Shown: positions 28,148 through 36,945, counted from the first letter of the stretch. The stretch is 40,000 nt of DNA from Candidatus Altimarinota bacterium (GCA_025210675.1 JAOARU010000005.1:1-40000), one strand, 5' to 3'. The notes: generated by a model not told the origin, from the sequence alone. Translations and numbers: made by a program.

Positions 28148-28847
28148 CCAAAGCGTAAGACAAAGAAAAACACCAAAAACAGCCTCAACCCAAATGCACC
28201 TACCAATTGCAGAAATTAAAGAAAATGTAGTTGTTTTAAAAAATGGTGGAATTAGAGCTATTTTTCAGACATCTAGCGTCAATTTTAACCTAAAATCAGA
28301 AGAAGAACAAAACTCTATCATTTACGCTTTTCAAGGGTTTTTAAACACACTTGAATACCCTATTCAAATACTAATCAGAAGTAAAAAATTAAACGTAGAT
28401 TCATATATGGACAATCTTCAAGAAGTCTACAACAAACAAGAAAATCCCCTACTCAAAAAACAAACATTTGAGTACATGGAATACATAAAAAAACTAGTAG
28501 AATATGCTGATATTATGGAGAAAAATTTTTATGTAGTTGTGCCATATGACCCAATCAGAGCCAAAAATCCAAACATGTGGTCACAATTCATCGAAAATAT
28601 CCGTCCGACTGATTCACTTGAAGCTATTCGTCAACGTCACAGAGAATTTGCCTCACTCAAAAAAGGACTAGACGCCAGATGCAGCTCTGTTCAATCAGGA
28701 CTGGAAGGCTGCAATCTAAGAGCAGAAAGACTAATTACCAAGCAATTAACTGAGCTATTTTTTGAGATATACAATCCAACACTCTCAAGAAATCAAAAGC
28801 TCAGATCAGCAAATGGCACAGGAGATTTAAATCTTTTGCAAAATTAG
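28140..28847 (+). CDS. VirB4/TcpF/PrgJ N-terminal-domain-like protein lacking an ATPase domain (235 aa)
   Basis: QMHLPIAEIKENVVVLKNGGIRAIFQTSSVNFNLKSEEEQNSIIYAFQGFLNTLEYPIQILI resembles the N-terminal region of Gram-positive-type VirB4 ATPases. There is no Walker A motif anywhere in the ORF. The ATGAATGA junction gives an 8-nt overlap with the upstream gene. Confidence 0.45.
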   Translation: MNDQSVRQRKTPKTASTQMHLPIAEIKENVVVLKNGGIRAIFQTSSVNFNLKSEEEQNSIIYAFQGFLNTLEYPIQILIRSKKLNVDSYMDNLQEVYNKQENPLLKKQTFEYMEYIKKLVEYADIMEKNFYVVVPYDPIRAKNPNMWSQFIENIRPTDSLEAIRQRHREFASLKKGLDARCSSVQSGLEGCNLRAERLITKQLTELFFEIYNPTLSRNQKLRSANGTGDLNLLQN

Positions 28848-28868
28848 TTTTTATGACAAAATATCTCT

Positions 28869-30959
28869 GTGAAATACGCAGAGATAACCTTTCGGGAAAA
28901 CACATTTAATCAGGAGAGTTTTACCTTTAAAATTCCCTATTTTCTTGAAAATAAAATTCAAATTGGACAAATTGTTGAAGTAAATTTTCGCAATTTTCTT
29001 AAAAGAGGACTAATAATTGAATTACACGACAATAAGCCTTCTTTTGAAACAAAAGAAGTCATAAAACCCTTAACACCAAGCTTAATCAACAAAAAACAAA
29101 TCAATATCATCAAACAAATTTCCGAAAAAACTTTTGATAATTTCTCTAAATACCTATCACTTTTTATTCCTGAAAAAATCTGGAAATCCGATGGGATACC
29201 ACCTGCAATAGAATATATCATATTAAAAAATGCTGATTTTAAAGCCAGAGGCAAAAAACAACAAGAACTCTTAGACACACTCAAGAAAAAAGGCAAAATA
29301 ACAATCCAAGAAGCTCGAAAAATAACAAATATCCAAAAGCTACTTGAAAATGAGATTTTAGAACTCAGCCTAGAAGAAAAATTTAATGACACAGACCTAA
29401 AAATAAAAAAAGACCCAAAAACAGAGGCATTTTTAAATAAAATCCTTCAAAAAAAAATCACCCTTCTTTTTGGAGCACCAAAAAGCGGAAAAAGCTACAT
29501 AGTAAAACAACTGACCAAAAAAATCACCCAAGAAAACAAACAAGTCTTAATACTCAATCCTGAAATCCTACTCAGCATTAATTTTATAAAAAAACTAGAA
29601 CAAGAATTTGGCAAAGAAAATCTACTCATCTATCATTCTAGGCTTTCAGAAAGCGAAAAAAACTCAGCTTGGTGGAAATGCAAAACCAAACAAGCTAAAA
29701 TAATAATAGGCAGCAGAAGTTCCCTGTTTTTGCCATTTGCGGAACTTGGCATGATTGCAATTGAAGAGGAGCACGATGACTCATATAAAAATGAACAATC
29801 CCCACGCTTTCACGCATTTGACCTAGCAAAAATCACAGCAAAAAACCACGATGCAAATCTAGTCTTAACCAGTGCAACACCTCGCATTGAGACTTTTTAC
29901 AAAGGGCAAAGTCGCCAAATTAACCTAATCAAAATCAATAAAAAATCAGGAAACAAAAAACCATTAATAATTGACCTCAAAAACGAACTACTCAAACAAA
30001 ACAAAAGCCCTATTTCAGAACTACTAAAAAGAGAAATATCCTCAACAATAAGCCAAAAAAAGAAAGTGATGCTGTTTATAAACCGGCGAGGATTTTTTTC
30101 AACATTATTTTGCAAAGACTGCGGACAGGCTCAAAAATGCGATTTTTGCCAAATCAGCCTCACCCATCACAAAAAAGACAACAAAGACGTATTAATATGC
30201 CATCATTGCGGCAGATTTTATACAAAATTAAACAAATGCAAATACTGCAAAGGACACGATCTTAAATTTTTTGGTTTTGGCACACAACAAATAGAGCAAC
30301 AGCTACAAATAGAATTTCCAGAAGCAAAAATCACCAGAATTGACCGAGATTCATTACAAAAAAAAGACAAACTAAACTCTGTATATAGACATTTTACTGA
30401 TTCTGATACAGACATTCTTATCGGCACTCAAATCATCAGCAAAGGCTTTGACGATGAACAAATCGGACTTGTAGCCATAATCTCAGCTGACAATGCACTG
30501 CAAATGCCTGATTTTAGAGCGCATGAGAAGAGCTTTGCCTTACTGAATCAAATCATTGGCAGAGCCAGATCAGACAATAGCAAGGTCTTAATACAAACCT
30601 TTATCCCCCAAAATAAATCAATCCAGCAAGCCATAAATTCTGACTATGAATCTTTTTATCAAGAAGAAATAATGCACAGAAATACACTAAAACTACCCCC
30701 ATTTACCAGAATAGCAAAACTAATCATCAAAAATACCTCAAAAGAAAAAGCCTACAAAAAAGCTCAAAAAATTCACGAACAAATCAAAAAAAATCTCCAA
30801 AAAGACGAAAATGCCTTTATAGCACCATCTTTAACACCATTTAAGCATGGCAAATACAATATCAATGTTTTTGTGCATTCTAATCAACCAGAGCGCTTAA
30901 TAAAAGACCTAAACCCAAAAGACATCAAGATAGACATTGATCCAATAGATACTTTATAA
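28869..30959 (+). CDS. priA: Primosomal replication-restart helicase PriA (GTG start)
   Basis: Walker A is GAPKSGKS, the DExH-like box is IEEEHDDSYK, and the Cys-rich Zn region is CKDCGQAQKCDFC...CHHCG...CKYC. Confidence 0.9.
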   Translation: MKYAEITFRENTFNQESFTFKIPYFLENKIQIGQIVEVNFRNFLKRGLIIELHDNKPSFETKEVIKPLTPSLINKKQINIIKQISEKTFDNFSKYLSLFIPEKIWKSDGIPPAIEYIILKNADFKARGKKQQELLDTLKKKGKITIQEARKITNIQKLLENEILELSLEEKFNDTDLKIKKDPKTEAFLNKILQKKITLLFGAPKSGKSYIVKQLTKKITQENKQVLILNPEILLSINFIKKLEQEFGKENLLIYHSRLSESEKNSAWWKCKTKQAKIIIGSRSSLFLPFAELGMIAIEEEHDDSYKNEQSPRFHAFDLAKITAKNHDANLVLTSATPRIETFYKGQSRQINLIKINKKSGNKKPLIIDLKNELLKQNKSPISELLKREISSTISQKKKVMLFINRRGFFSTLFCKDCGQAQKCDFCQISLTHHKKDNKDVLICHHCGRFYTKLNKCKYCKGHDLKFFGFGTQQIEQQLQIEFPEAKITRIDRDSLQKKDKLNSVYRHFTDSDTDILIGTQIISKGFDDEQIGLVAIISADNALQMPDFRAHEKSFALLNQIIGRARSDNSKVLIQTFIPQNKSIQQAINSDYESFYQEEIMHRNTLKLPPFTRIAKLIIKNTSKEKAYKKAQKIHEQIKKNLQKDENAFIAPSLTPFKHGKYNINVFVHSNQPERLIKDLNPKDIKIDIDPIDTL

Positions 30960-30966
30960 AAATATA

Positions 30967-30994
30967 TTGACATATAAATGATATATTTTAAAAC
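30967..30994 (+). promoter_or_regulatory. Possible sigma70-like promoter (TTGACA-N16-TAAAAC) in front of the GC-rich island
   Basis: TTGACA at 30967-30972 and TAAAAC at 30989-30994. The architecture matches the promoters at 4708 and 15829. Confidence 0.35.
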
Positions 30995-31009
30995 GGATAT
31001 AGTATTTTT

Positions 31010-31325
31010 GCGGAGCTTGGAATAAGCCAAGACTTCGCGATCCTTAACAACCCCTAAGAAAGAAGGTAATTAATGAGCAAAGCAATCAACCATACCCCAA
31101 GAAGAAAAGCCCGGATCGAAAATCCTTCCTCCGAAAGAAAAAGAGGAAGGAAACGGCATAGTGCCGTGACCAAGATCAAGGGGCAGATTCGAGGCATCAC
31201 AGCCTCGACCCCAGAGTCCGCAATACAAGAAATCGCATCCAGGATTGAGGCGCTCGGCAAAAAGCGGGTCCAAACCCGCCTCTTTAAGCTCCTGGAAAAT
31301 CGCCTATTTATAGGGTATTTTTTAT
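31010..31325 (+). ncRNA. Candidate structured RNA of unknown class (alternative reading: 84-aa basic ORF 31073-31327)
   Basis: By hand count 31011-31300 is about 49% G+C, in an AT-rich context. The terminal helix is ggagctt (31012-18) with aagctcc (31286-92). Perfect hairpins are 31124-31/31143-50 (8 bp), 31153-58/31162-67 (6 bp), 31189-95/31202-08 (7 bp, flanked by gggg/cccc) and 31264-69/31274-79 (6 bp). Three mutually overlapping ORFs on both strands are typical of a GC-rich RNA gene. Strand and ends are tentative. Confidence 0.45.
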
Positions 31326-31429
31326 AACTTCTAACTTAACTGAATCTTGTTTATTGAACAATTTTTTTATTCAAAAAATCTACTTAAACTTATTTTAAAG
31401 ATTTTAAAACCTCACAATAAAGAAGCCTC

Positions 31430-31451
31430 AGTATCTCAACCAAGGCTTCTT
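31430..31451 (-). terminator. Hairpin downstream of pilT (9-bp stem)
   Basis: aagaagcct pairs with aggcttctt around a 4-nt loop (caac) capping further pairs, or a 14-nt loop if these are left unpaired. It lies 10 nt after the pilT stop, and the U run on the minus strand is weak. Confidence 0.4.
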
Positions 31452-31460
31452 ATGATGGCT

Positions 31461-32549
31461 TTACATGCCTCCTGCATACTCAACTTGCCTCAATTCAGAA
31501 AAATCCTCATGATTCTCGATATTTGCGATTGCTTGCTCTTTTGTAATTACTCCTTTTTTGTATAATTCCAAAATAGAACGAGAAAATCCCAAGCTACTAT
31601 CAAGAGTGGCATGCTCGATCATCGATCTGATCTTTGAGATGTCATTATTTGCAATCATATTTCTAACCACATCATCTGGCACTAGATATTCACAAGCAAG
31701 CGCTCTTCCTGCCTGATCTTTTCTAGTGATCAATTTCTGAGAAATAATAGCTCTCAGAGCAAATGACAATTTTGTTCTGATAAGATTTTGTTTTTCATCA
31801 GGAAAAATACCAATAATACGAGAAAGTGCTGATGTAGTGCTTTCTGCATGCATTGTAGATATAACCAAATGCCCTGTCTCAGCGATATCAAGAGCCATGG
31901 TAAAACTCTCAAAATCCCTAAGCTCACCAACTACAACCACATTTACATCTTGACGAAAAATATGCTTACCTGCTTCCTTAAAAGCAAGCACCTGACTTCC
32001 CACCTCACGCTGAGAAATAAAACTCTTTTTTGATTCATGAATATACTCAATTGGATCCTCAATTGTAATAATATTACACTTACGAGTCTCATTTATCTCA
32101 TTAACAAGAGAAGCCATTGTTGTTGATTTACCTGATCCATTTGGACCTGTTACCAAAACCAAACCATGCGTCAAACTTGCAACATGATTGAGCTGTGATG
32201 GTATTCCAAGCTGCTCAAGTGTATAAGTATTGTCTGGAATCGCCCTAAACACAATAGCCATTCCCTGCATATCATAAAAAAAAGTCACACGAAATCTACC
32301 ATGTGTAGAAAATGTACTTGAAAGCTCAAAATCCTTCTGAGTTTTGAGTACTTCTAGCTGCTTTGCTGAAAGAATTTCACTAGCTAGATTTTCAATATTT
32401 TCATGAGTCAACATCTCAACACCTTCAATATTTTCCAAATCACCACTTGGAGTTCTAAGATAAGGAATATTGTCAGAATATAAATGCAAATCAGAACATG
32501 CGTTGTTTACTTGATACTCAAGCAATGAATGTAGATCATCTAATTTCAT
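31461..32549 (-). CDS. pilT: Type IV pilus retraction ATPase PilT
   Basis: Walker A is GPNGSGKSTT. ITIEDPIEY, GELRD and TGHLVISTMHA are PilT-family Asp and His boxes. The 362-aa size is typical of PilT. Confidence 0.9.
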   Translation of the reverse strand: MKLDDLHSLLEYQVNNACSDLHLYSDNIPYLRTPSGDLENIEGVEMLTHENIENLASEILSAKQLEVLKTQKDFELSSTFSTHGRFRVTFFYDMQGMAIVFRAIPDNTYTLEQLGIPSQLNHVASLTHGLVLVTGPNGSGKSTTMASLVNEINETRKCNIITIEDPIEYIHESKKSFISQREVGSQVLAFKEAGKHIFRQDVNVVVVGELRDFESFTMALDIAETGHLVISTMHAESTTSALSRIIGIFPDEKQNLIRTKLSFALRAIISQKLITRKDQAGRALACEYLVPDDVVRNMIANNDISKIRSMIEHATLDSSLGFSRSILELYKKGVITKEQAIANIENHEDFSELRQVEYAGGM

Positions 32550-32610
32550 GATTTTTGTTTTTAATTTTTCATATTATTATACCAAAAAATTATTGTTTAT
32601 CAAACAAATA

Positions 32611-32640
32611 AAAAACACACCGATTACTCAGTGTGTTTTT
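32611..32640 (-). terminator. Hairpin terminator after the 622-aa gene
   Basis: aacacac-N10-gtgtgtt is flanked by A and T runs. On the minus-strand RNA it is followed by ttttttatt. Confidence 0.6.
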
Positions 32641-32653
32641 TACAAGTTCTTTT

Positions 32654-34522
32654 TTAGATCTTTACCTCATAAAGCTTCTTGTTATCAGTAAATAAAAGCT
32701 TTTCTGTCTCTGGATCAATCCATATATCACTTATCACATCTACATCTTCTATCACTATTTGCCCTTCATAGTAAAATTCATTTTTACCTTTATAAAACTT
32801 AGAAATAGCCTTTTCTTCTGGATTTAAGAAGTAGATATATTTTAACTTTTGATTAGTCACCACTTTTGTATTGCCTTTCAAATTTTCAAATGGTGCATTT
32901 TTCATTGGATAATCCTCCTTTTTTCCAAGATGCAACTTATACAAAATCCCTTCAGAATCAAGCACAAATATATCACCATCAATAGCCATTGAAATGGCAT
33001 TTTTTATATCAGCATCAGAATTGTACTCTTGTGCTGATTGAAATAATTCACCTTTTTTCTCATATTTCCAAATCTGATTATCTTCAGGAGAAAGCAGATA
33101 GATATACTTTGAAAAAGTACCCAAAGCAACAGATTTTTTGAATTTATCATCAGAAGTTGTTGCAAAGCTTTTTTCGCCATTTTTAAATTCAATAATCTTG
33201 CCCCTATTAGTTAAAAACAACATCTCATCCTTAGAGTCAAAAGCAACACCATCTACGAGCTCTTCTGATTCTGTCAAATTAACTATATCTTTCACTTCAC
33301 CATTACCAGCCAAAATGCTAAATAAAGCATTAAAATCATAGACAAAATAATCCTCACCAAATCCAAACACTCCTTTTAGCTTAGTATTTTCACGTGACTG
33401 CTGAAGATCAGTGATAACATTTGCACCACTCATTTTCATGATACCATATAAATCATCTTTTTTCTTCTGAACCTCCTCAAGGATATCCATTACCTCTTGC
33501 CTAAAATACCCTTTCTCATTGATCTCATTAGCTTTTGACTGAATTTTTATAATCAAATTTCCTGCTTCTTGTTTTTTATTTTCAGCTATCCTCAAATCAA
33601 TACTTGCCAAATCTTTTTTCAAATCCTCAATCTCAGTTCTATACACCTCTTTTGTGCCATCTTGCTCATGTTCTGAAATAAGCCCAAAGAAAATAGCAAT
33701 CAAAACCAAAGCAATCAAAGAAGCAAAGATAATAGCTATATTTTTGTGTGGAATTGAATTTGGGAAAAATCTACTACAAATATCTTCAATTTTTTTAGAT
33801 ATACCTGACCCAAAATCATTTTGCCTTTTTACTTGCTTAAAAAAACCTTCTCCTTGTAATTCTGCATTTTTCTCAAATGGTAACTCATCAAGCTTCTTAA
33901 TATGATGCACAGACAAAAAACAAGATTCATCCTCAGGAATCAAAAACTTCAAAGCCTCTGTTGACTCAATCACTCCACTTGTTGCAGATGAAGCAATTTG
34001 ATTAGCAGTAGCATATCTAAGCAATCTCTCACTCGAAAAAATCAACTTATCATCATCTCTAAGCTCACCATTTGCCAAATTACTAAACAAATCCCCTGTC
34101 TCAGAAAAATCAGAAAGCCCCTCTGAAATCAAAGAAAATTTATTCTTTCTAATAAAATAAACCTCTGGCGTTCCTGCAGATGTAAAATAAAGCGTATCAG
34201 CAAAAAACAAAGCAATTACAAAACCGCCATCACGAAAAGTACCTTCTGGAAGAGCTTTTACATCATCTTTGATCTTGTCATTAATTAATTTCAGGGTATC
34301 TTCAAGCTTTTCAAAAAAATCCTCATTTGGATCATCAAAAAAATGCTCTTCAAGTATCCTGACAATGTTTTTATATATATTATTTAACTCTTCTGATGCG
34401 TCTTTAAAACTCGCAAAAACCCATAAAGAAGAATCAAAATCCTGCTTTTCTATTTTTTTTATCTCCTGTAGGTCGTGATCATTTTTTACTAAATGTTTTG
34501 CTGAAAATATTTTGATATTCAT
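32654..34522 (-). CDS. Large single-pass membrane protein (622 aa): N-terminal cytoplasmic domain, TM helix, coiled coil, C-terminal beta-rich repeat domain
   Basis: The central TM helix is IAIIFASLIALVLIAIFFGLI. The N-terminal roughly 210 aa are loosely reminiscent of a PP2C/SpoIIE-like fold (uncertain). The C-terminal roughly 260 aa have recurring D/N-x-I/L-Y/F-hydrophobic strands suggesting a propeller. No family is confidently recognised. Confidence 0.6.
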   Translation of the reverse strand: MNIKIFSAKHLVKNDHDLQEIKKIEKQDFDSSLWVFASFKDASEELNNIYKNIVRILEEHFFDDPNEDFFEKLEDTLKLINDKIKDDVKALPEGTFRDGGFVIALFFADTLYFTSAGTPEVYFIRKNKFSLISEGLSDFSETGDLFSNLANGELRDDDKLIFSSERLLRYATANQIASSATSGVIESTEALKFLIPEDESCFLSVHHIKKLDELPFEKNAELQGEGFFKQVKRQNDFGSGISKKIEDICSRFFPNSIPHKNIAIIFASLIALVLIAIFFGLISEHEQDGTKEVYRTEIEDLKKDLASIDLRIAENKKQEAGNLIIKIQSKANEINEKGYFRQEVMDILEEVQKKKDDLYGIMKMSGANVITDLQQSRENTKLKGVFGFGEDYFVYDFNALFSILAGNGEVKDIVNLTESEELVDGVAFDSKDEMLFLTNRGKIIEFKNGEKSFATTSDDKFKKSVALGTFSKYIYLLSPEDNQIWKYEKKGELFQSAQEYNSDADIKNAISMAIDGDIFVLDSEGILYKLHLGKKEDYPMKNAPFENLKGNTKVVTNQKLKYIYFLNPEEKAISKFYKGKNEFYYEGQIVIEDVDVISDIWIDPETEKLLFTDNKKLYEVKI

Positions 34523-34634
34523 TTCTAATTCCGAAAAACTATATTTAACTTACACATTTTATATAAAATCTTCAAGGAAAAAATATAAAAAAACAGCTTA
34601 AATGAAAGCCAGTTTTATTGAATAATTTTTTTGA

Positions 34635-36056
34635 TCAAAAACCCATTTCTTTCCTTAAATGAGTCAAATTTCTAGAATAACCCACATCAAGCTTGCGATT
34701 TTGCTCGACCTTGCGTATAGCACTCATGACACTTGTATGATCTCTTCCTCCAAAGTAATTTCCAATTTTTTGCAGAGGCAATTTAAGATACTTCTTACAA
34801 AACCACATAGCCACCTGACGAGGTACTACGAATTCACGAGAGCGATTAGCACCAAGAATAGCTGACCTGCTAATATTATAAAATTCTGAAATCTTATCAA
34901 TCACATCACCAATATTTTTAGCATAATCTGTCATCTGCTCCTCCTGATTTGTATTTATCACCATGTCTTTATTGACCCTTTTTATAATCTGAGAAAGGAT
35001 TGTTTTATTAGGCAAAACCCCTTCAATATCAATACGAGCTACAATTTGAGTCAAGACACCTTCAAGCTCTCTAATTGAGTGATGAACATTTTCTGCTATA
35101 AAAGTAAGCATCTCAACATCAAGCACAATTCCAATCTCCTGTGCCTTTTGCTGAAGAATAGCAACCCTAGTCTCAAGAGAAGGAAAATACAAATCAGCCA
35201 ACATGCCCATAGAAAAACGTGATACTAATCTTGCAGACATACCATTTAGCTCACTTGGTGGCTTATCTGACGAGATAATGATTTGCTTATTAGCATCAAA
35301 CAAATCATTAAACAAATGAAAAAAAACCTCTTCTGTGCGCTCCTTTCCAGCTATAAACTGAATATCATCAATAATAAATACATCTGCCTTGCGCCATTTT
35401 TCACGAAACCTCTCCCCTTTTTGATTTCTAACCATATCTATAAATTCCGCAAAGAAATTTTCAGCAGATACAAATGCCACCTGAAGTGCTGGCTTTGTAC
35501 GAATTATCTCATTGCCAATTGCATGTAATAAATGAGTCTTGCCAAGCCCCACATCTCCATAAATAAAAAGAGGATTATATTTTGCACCAGGACTATGCGC
35601 CACAGCCTCACTACAAGCATGAGCAAGCCTATTTTCAGGACCTATTACAAAATTAGCCAAGCTAAAATTTGGATTAAGCATGCGAGACAAAATCCCGCCC
35701 TGAAGCTTTACCTCTGAGATTTTTGGCATCTTGCGAGGCTTTTTGTCCTCCTTAGGAAAAAGACCCAAAAGATCTATTGTACGAGGGTCTGATTCATTGT
35801 CCAGTGTACCATCTACCACAAAATCAACTCTTGCAATCTCAGGATTGTAACCCTGAGCTATTCTCTGAATCTTGTTTCTAGAATTTTTCTCATGCCAAGA
35901 TACAAATATATCTCTAGGCAAAGCTACCTCCAACACACCATCTTCACAAGATTTTACACAAGATCCCCTAAACCAAGTAATTAAATTTGGTCGAGTTATC
36001 TCATTTTCCTTAAGCCCTACAAGTATATTTTTCCAAAGCTCTTTTTTATCAGGCAT
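34635..36056 (-). CDS. dnaA: Chromosomal replication initiator DnaA (start at MPDKKELW)
   Basis: GDVGLGKTHLLHAIGNE is the Walker A, DVFIIDDIQF is the Walker B, and the C-terminal DNA-binding domain contains RQVAMWFCKKY...GGRDHTSVMSAIRKV. Confidence 0.95.
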   Translation of the reverse strand: MPDKKELWKNILVGLKENEITRPNLITWFRGSCVKSCEDGVLEVALPRDIFVSWHEKNSRNKIQRIAQGYNPEIARVDFVVDGTLDNESDPRTIDLLGLFPKEDKKPRKMPKISEVKLQGGILSRMLNPNFSLANFVIGPENRLAHACSEAVAHSPGAKYNPLFIYGDVGLGKTHLLHAIGNEIIRTKPALQVAFVSAENFFAEFIDMVRNQKGERFREKWRKADVFIIDDIQFIAGKERTEEVFFHLFNDLFDANKQIIISSDKPPSELNGMSARLVSRFSMGMLADLYFPSLETRVAILQQKAQEIGIVLDVEMLTFIAENVHHSIRELEGVLTQIVARIDIEGVLPNKTILSQIIKRVNKDMVINTNQEEQMTDYAKNIGDVIDKISEFYNISRSAILGANRSREFVVPRQVAMWFCKKYLKLPLQKIGNYFGGRDHTSVMSAIRKVEQNRKLDVGYSRNLTHLRKEMGF

Positions 36057-36945
36057 TTTTTTGGAGATATATAAAAGCAGCATTTGCAGCTACCGCACCC
36101 TCACCAACTGCTGTTGCTAATTGATGAAAATGATTTGAACCTGTTGTTACATCACCAGCCGCAAACAATCCTTCAATATTAGTCATTTGTGCTTGATCTA
36201 CTATTATATAACCTGATTGATCCTTTTTTGCATCATTAAGTATTTTAGTATCTGGATCAGCCCCAATCTCCACAAAAGCTCCATCGACCTCAAGTATGCG
36301 CCCTGTATCAAGCAAAACTCTTTCGAGCTTATTTTGACCTTGAAATTCAGCCACATTTGATTCAAATACAAATTCGACATTGTCTTTTTGCCCTAAAGCA
36401 TCAATCCAAAATGGCTCTGCTCTCATAAAAGACTTCCTGACTACTATATATATTTTTTTGCAAATATCAGCAAGATAAAGCCCCGCAGTTGCTGCTGAAT
36501 CTCCTCCTCCAATAATTGCTACATCTTTATTTCTAAAGAAAAATCCATCACAAGTCGCACAATAACTCACTCCCTTACCAGCAAACTGCTCTTCACTTGG
36601 TATACCCAAATGCCTATGAATAGTCCCTGTTGCCACAATAACTGTTTTGGCTTTATATTCACCCTGAGTAGTCTTGATATTAAATATATCTCCTTCCTTT
36701 TGAATACCACTTACGATATCATTTTTGAGATCTATATCGTACTTTTCAGCATGAGACTGCATTTTTTGAGCTAATTCTCTACCTATTATTTTTTCAAATC
36801 CTAAATAATTTTCTATCTCATAAGCATCAGAAATAGTACCACCGATACGCCCACCAATTAACAATACTGACATCTTGTAACGAGCGGCATAAATAGCAGC
36901 TGAATAGCCAGCACCACCTGTACCTATGATTGCAACATCATACAT
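36049..36945 (-). CDS. trxB: Thioredoxin reductase
   Basis: MYDVAIIGTGGAGYSAAIYAAR (FAD binding), the redox-active CATCDG, and GGGDSAATAG (NADPH binding). Confidence 0.95.
   Translation of the reverse strand: MYDVAIIGTGGAGYSAAIYAARYKMSVLLIGGRIGGTISDAYEIENYLGFEKIIGRELAQKMQSHAEKYDIDLKNDIVSGIQKEGDIFNIKTTQGEYKAKTVIVATGTIHRHLGIPSEEQFAGKGVSYCATCDGFFFRNKDVAIIGGGDSAATAGLYLADICKKIYIVVRKSFMRAEPFWIDALGQKDNVEFVFESNVAEFQGQNKLERVLLDTGRILEVDGAFVEIGADPDTKILNDAKKDQSGYIIVDQAQMTNIEGLFAAGDVTTGSNHFHQLATAVGEGAVAANAAFIYLQKNA

Noticed and set aside
27496-28163. Three antisense ORFs (112, 106 and 74 aa) opposite the PrgI-like gene.
   Set aside because: They are caused by the A-rich K/E/Q low-complexity coding tract, whose complement lacks stop codons. 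Their sequences are L/F/C-rich nonsense.
31054-31273. Two minus-strand ORFs (68 and 67 aa) in the GC-rich island.
   Set aside because: They overlap each other and the plus-strand ORF. They are most simply explained by the high local GC content, so I do not call them genes.
31010-31325. Assignment of the GC-rich island to RNase P RNA, SRP RNA, tmRNA or 6S RNA.
   Set aside because: I found no P4-forming GAGGAAAGUCC/ACAGAA..GGCUUA pair on either strand. There is no GNRA-capped helix 8 with AGCA/GGAA loops; only a partial GGAAGGAAACGGC string turned up in the wrong structural context. There is no GGGG...UCCACCA. The multi-hairpin topology is unlike 6S. I cannot exclude a divergent member without a covariance-model search.
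34523-34634. oriC in the dnaA-downstream spacer.
   Set aside because: The spacer is only 112 nt. I found no 9-mer within one mismatch of TTATCCACA and no repeated AT-rich 13-mer-like units. I cannot support an origin call from the sequence alone.
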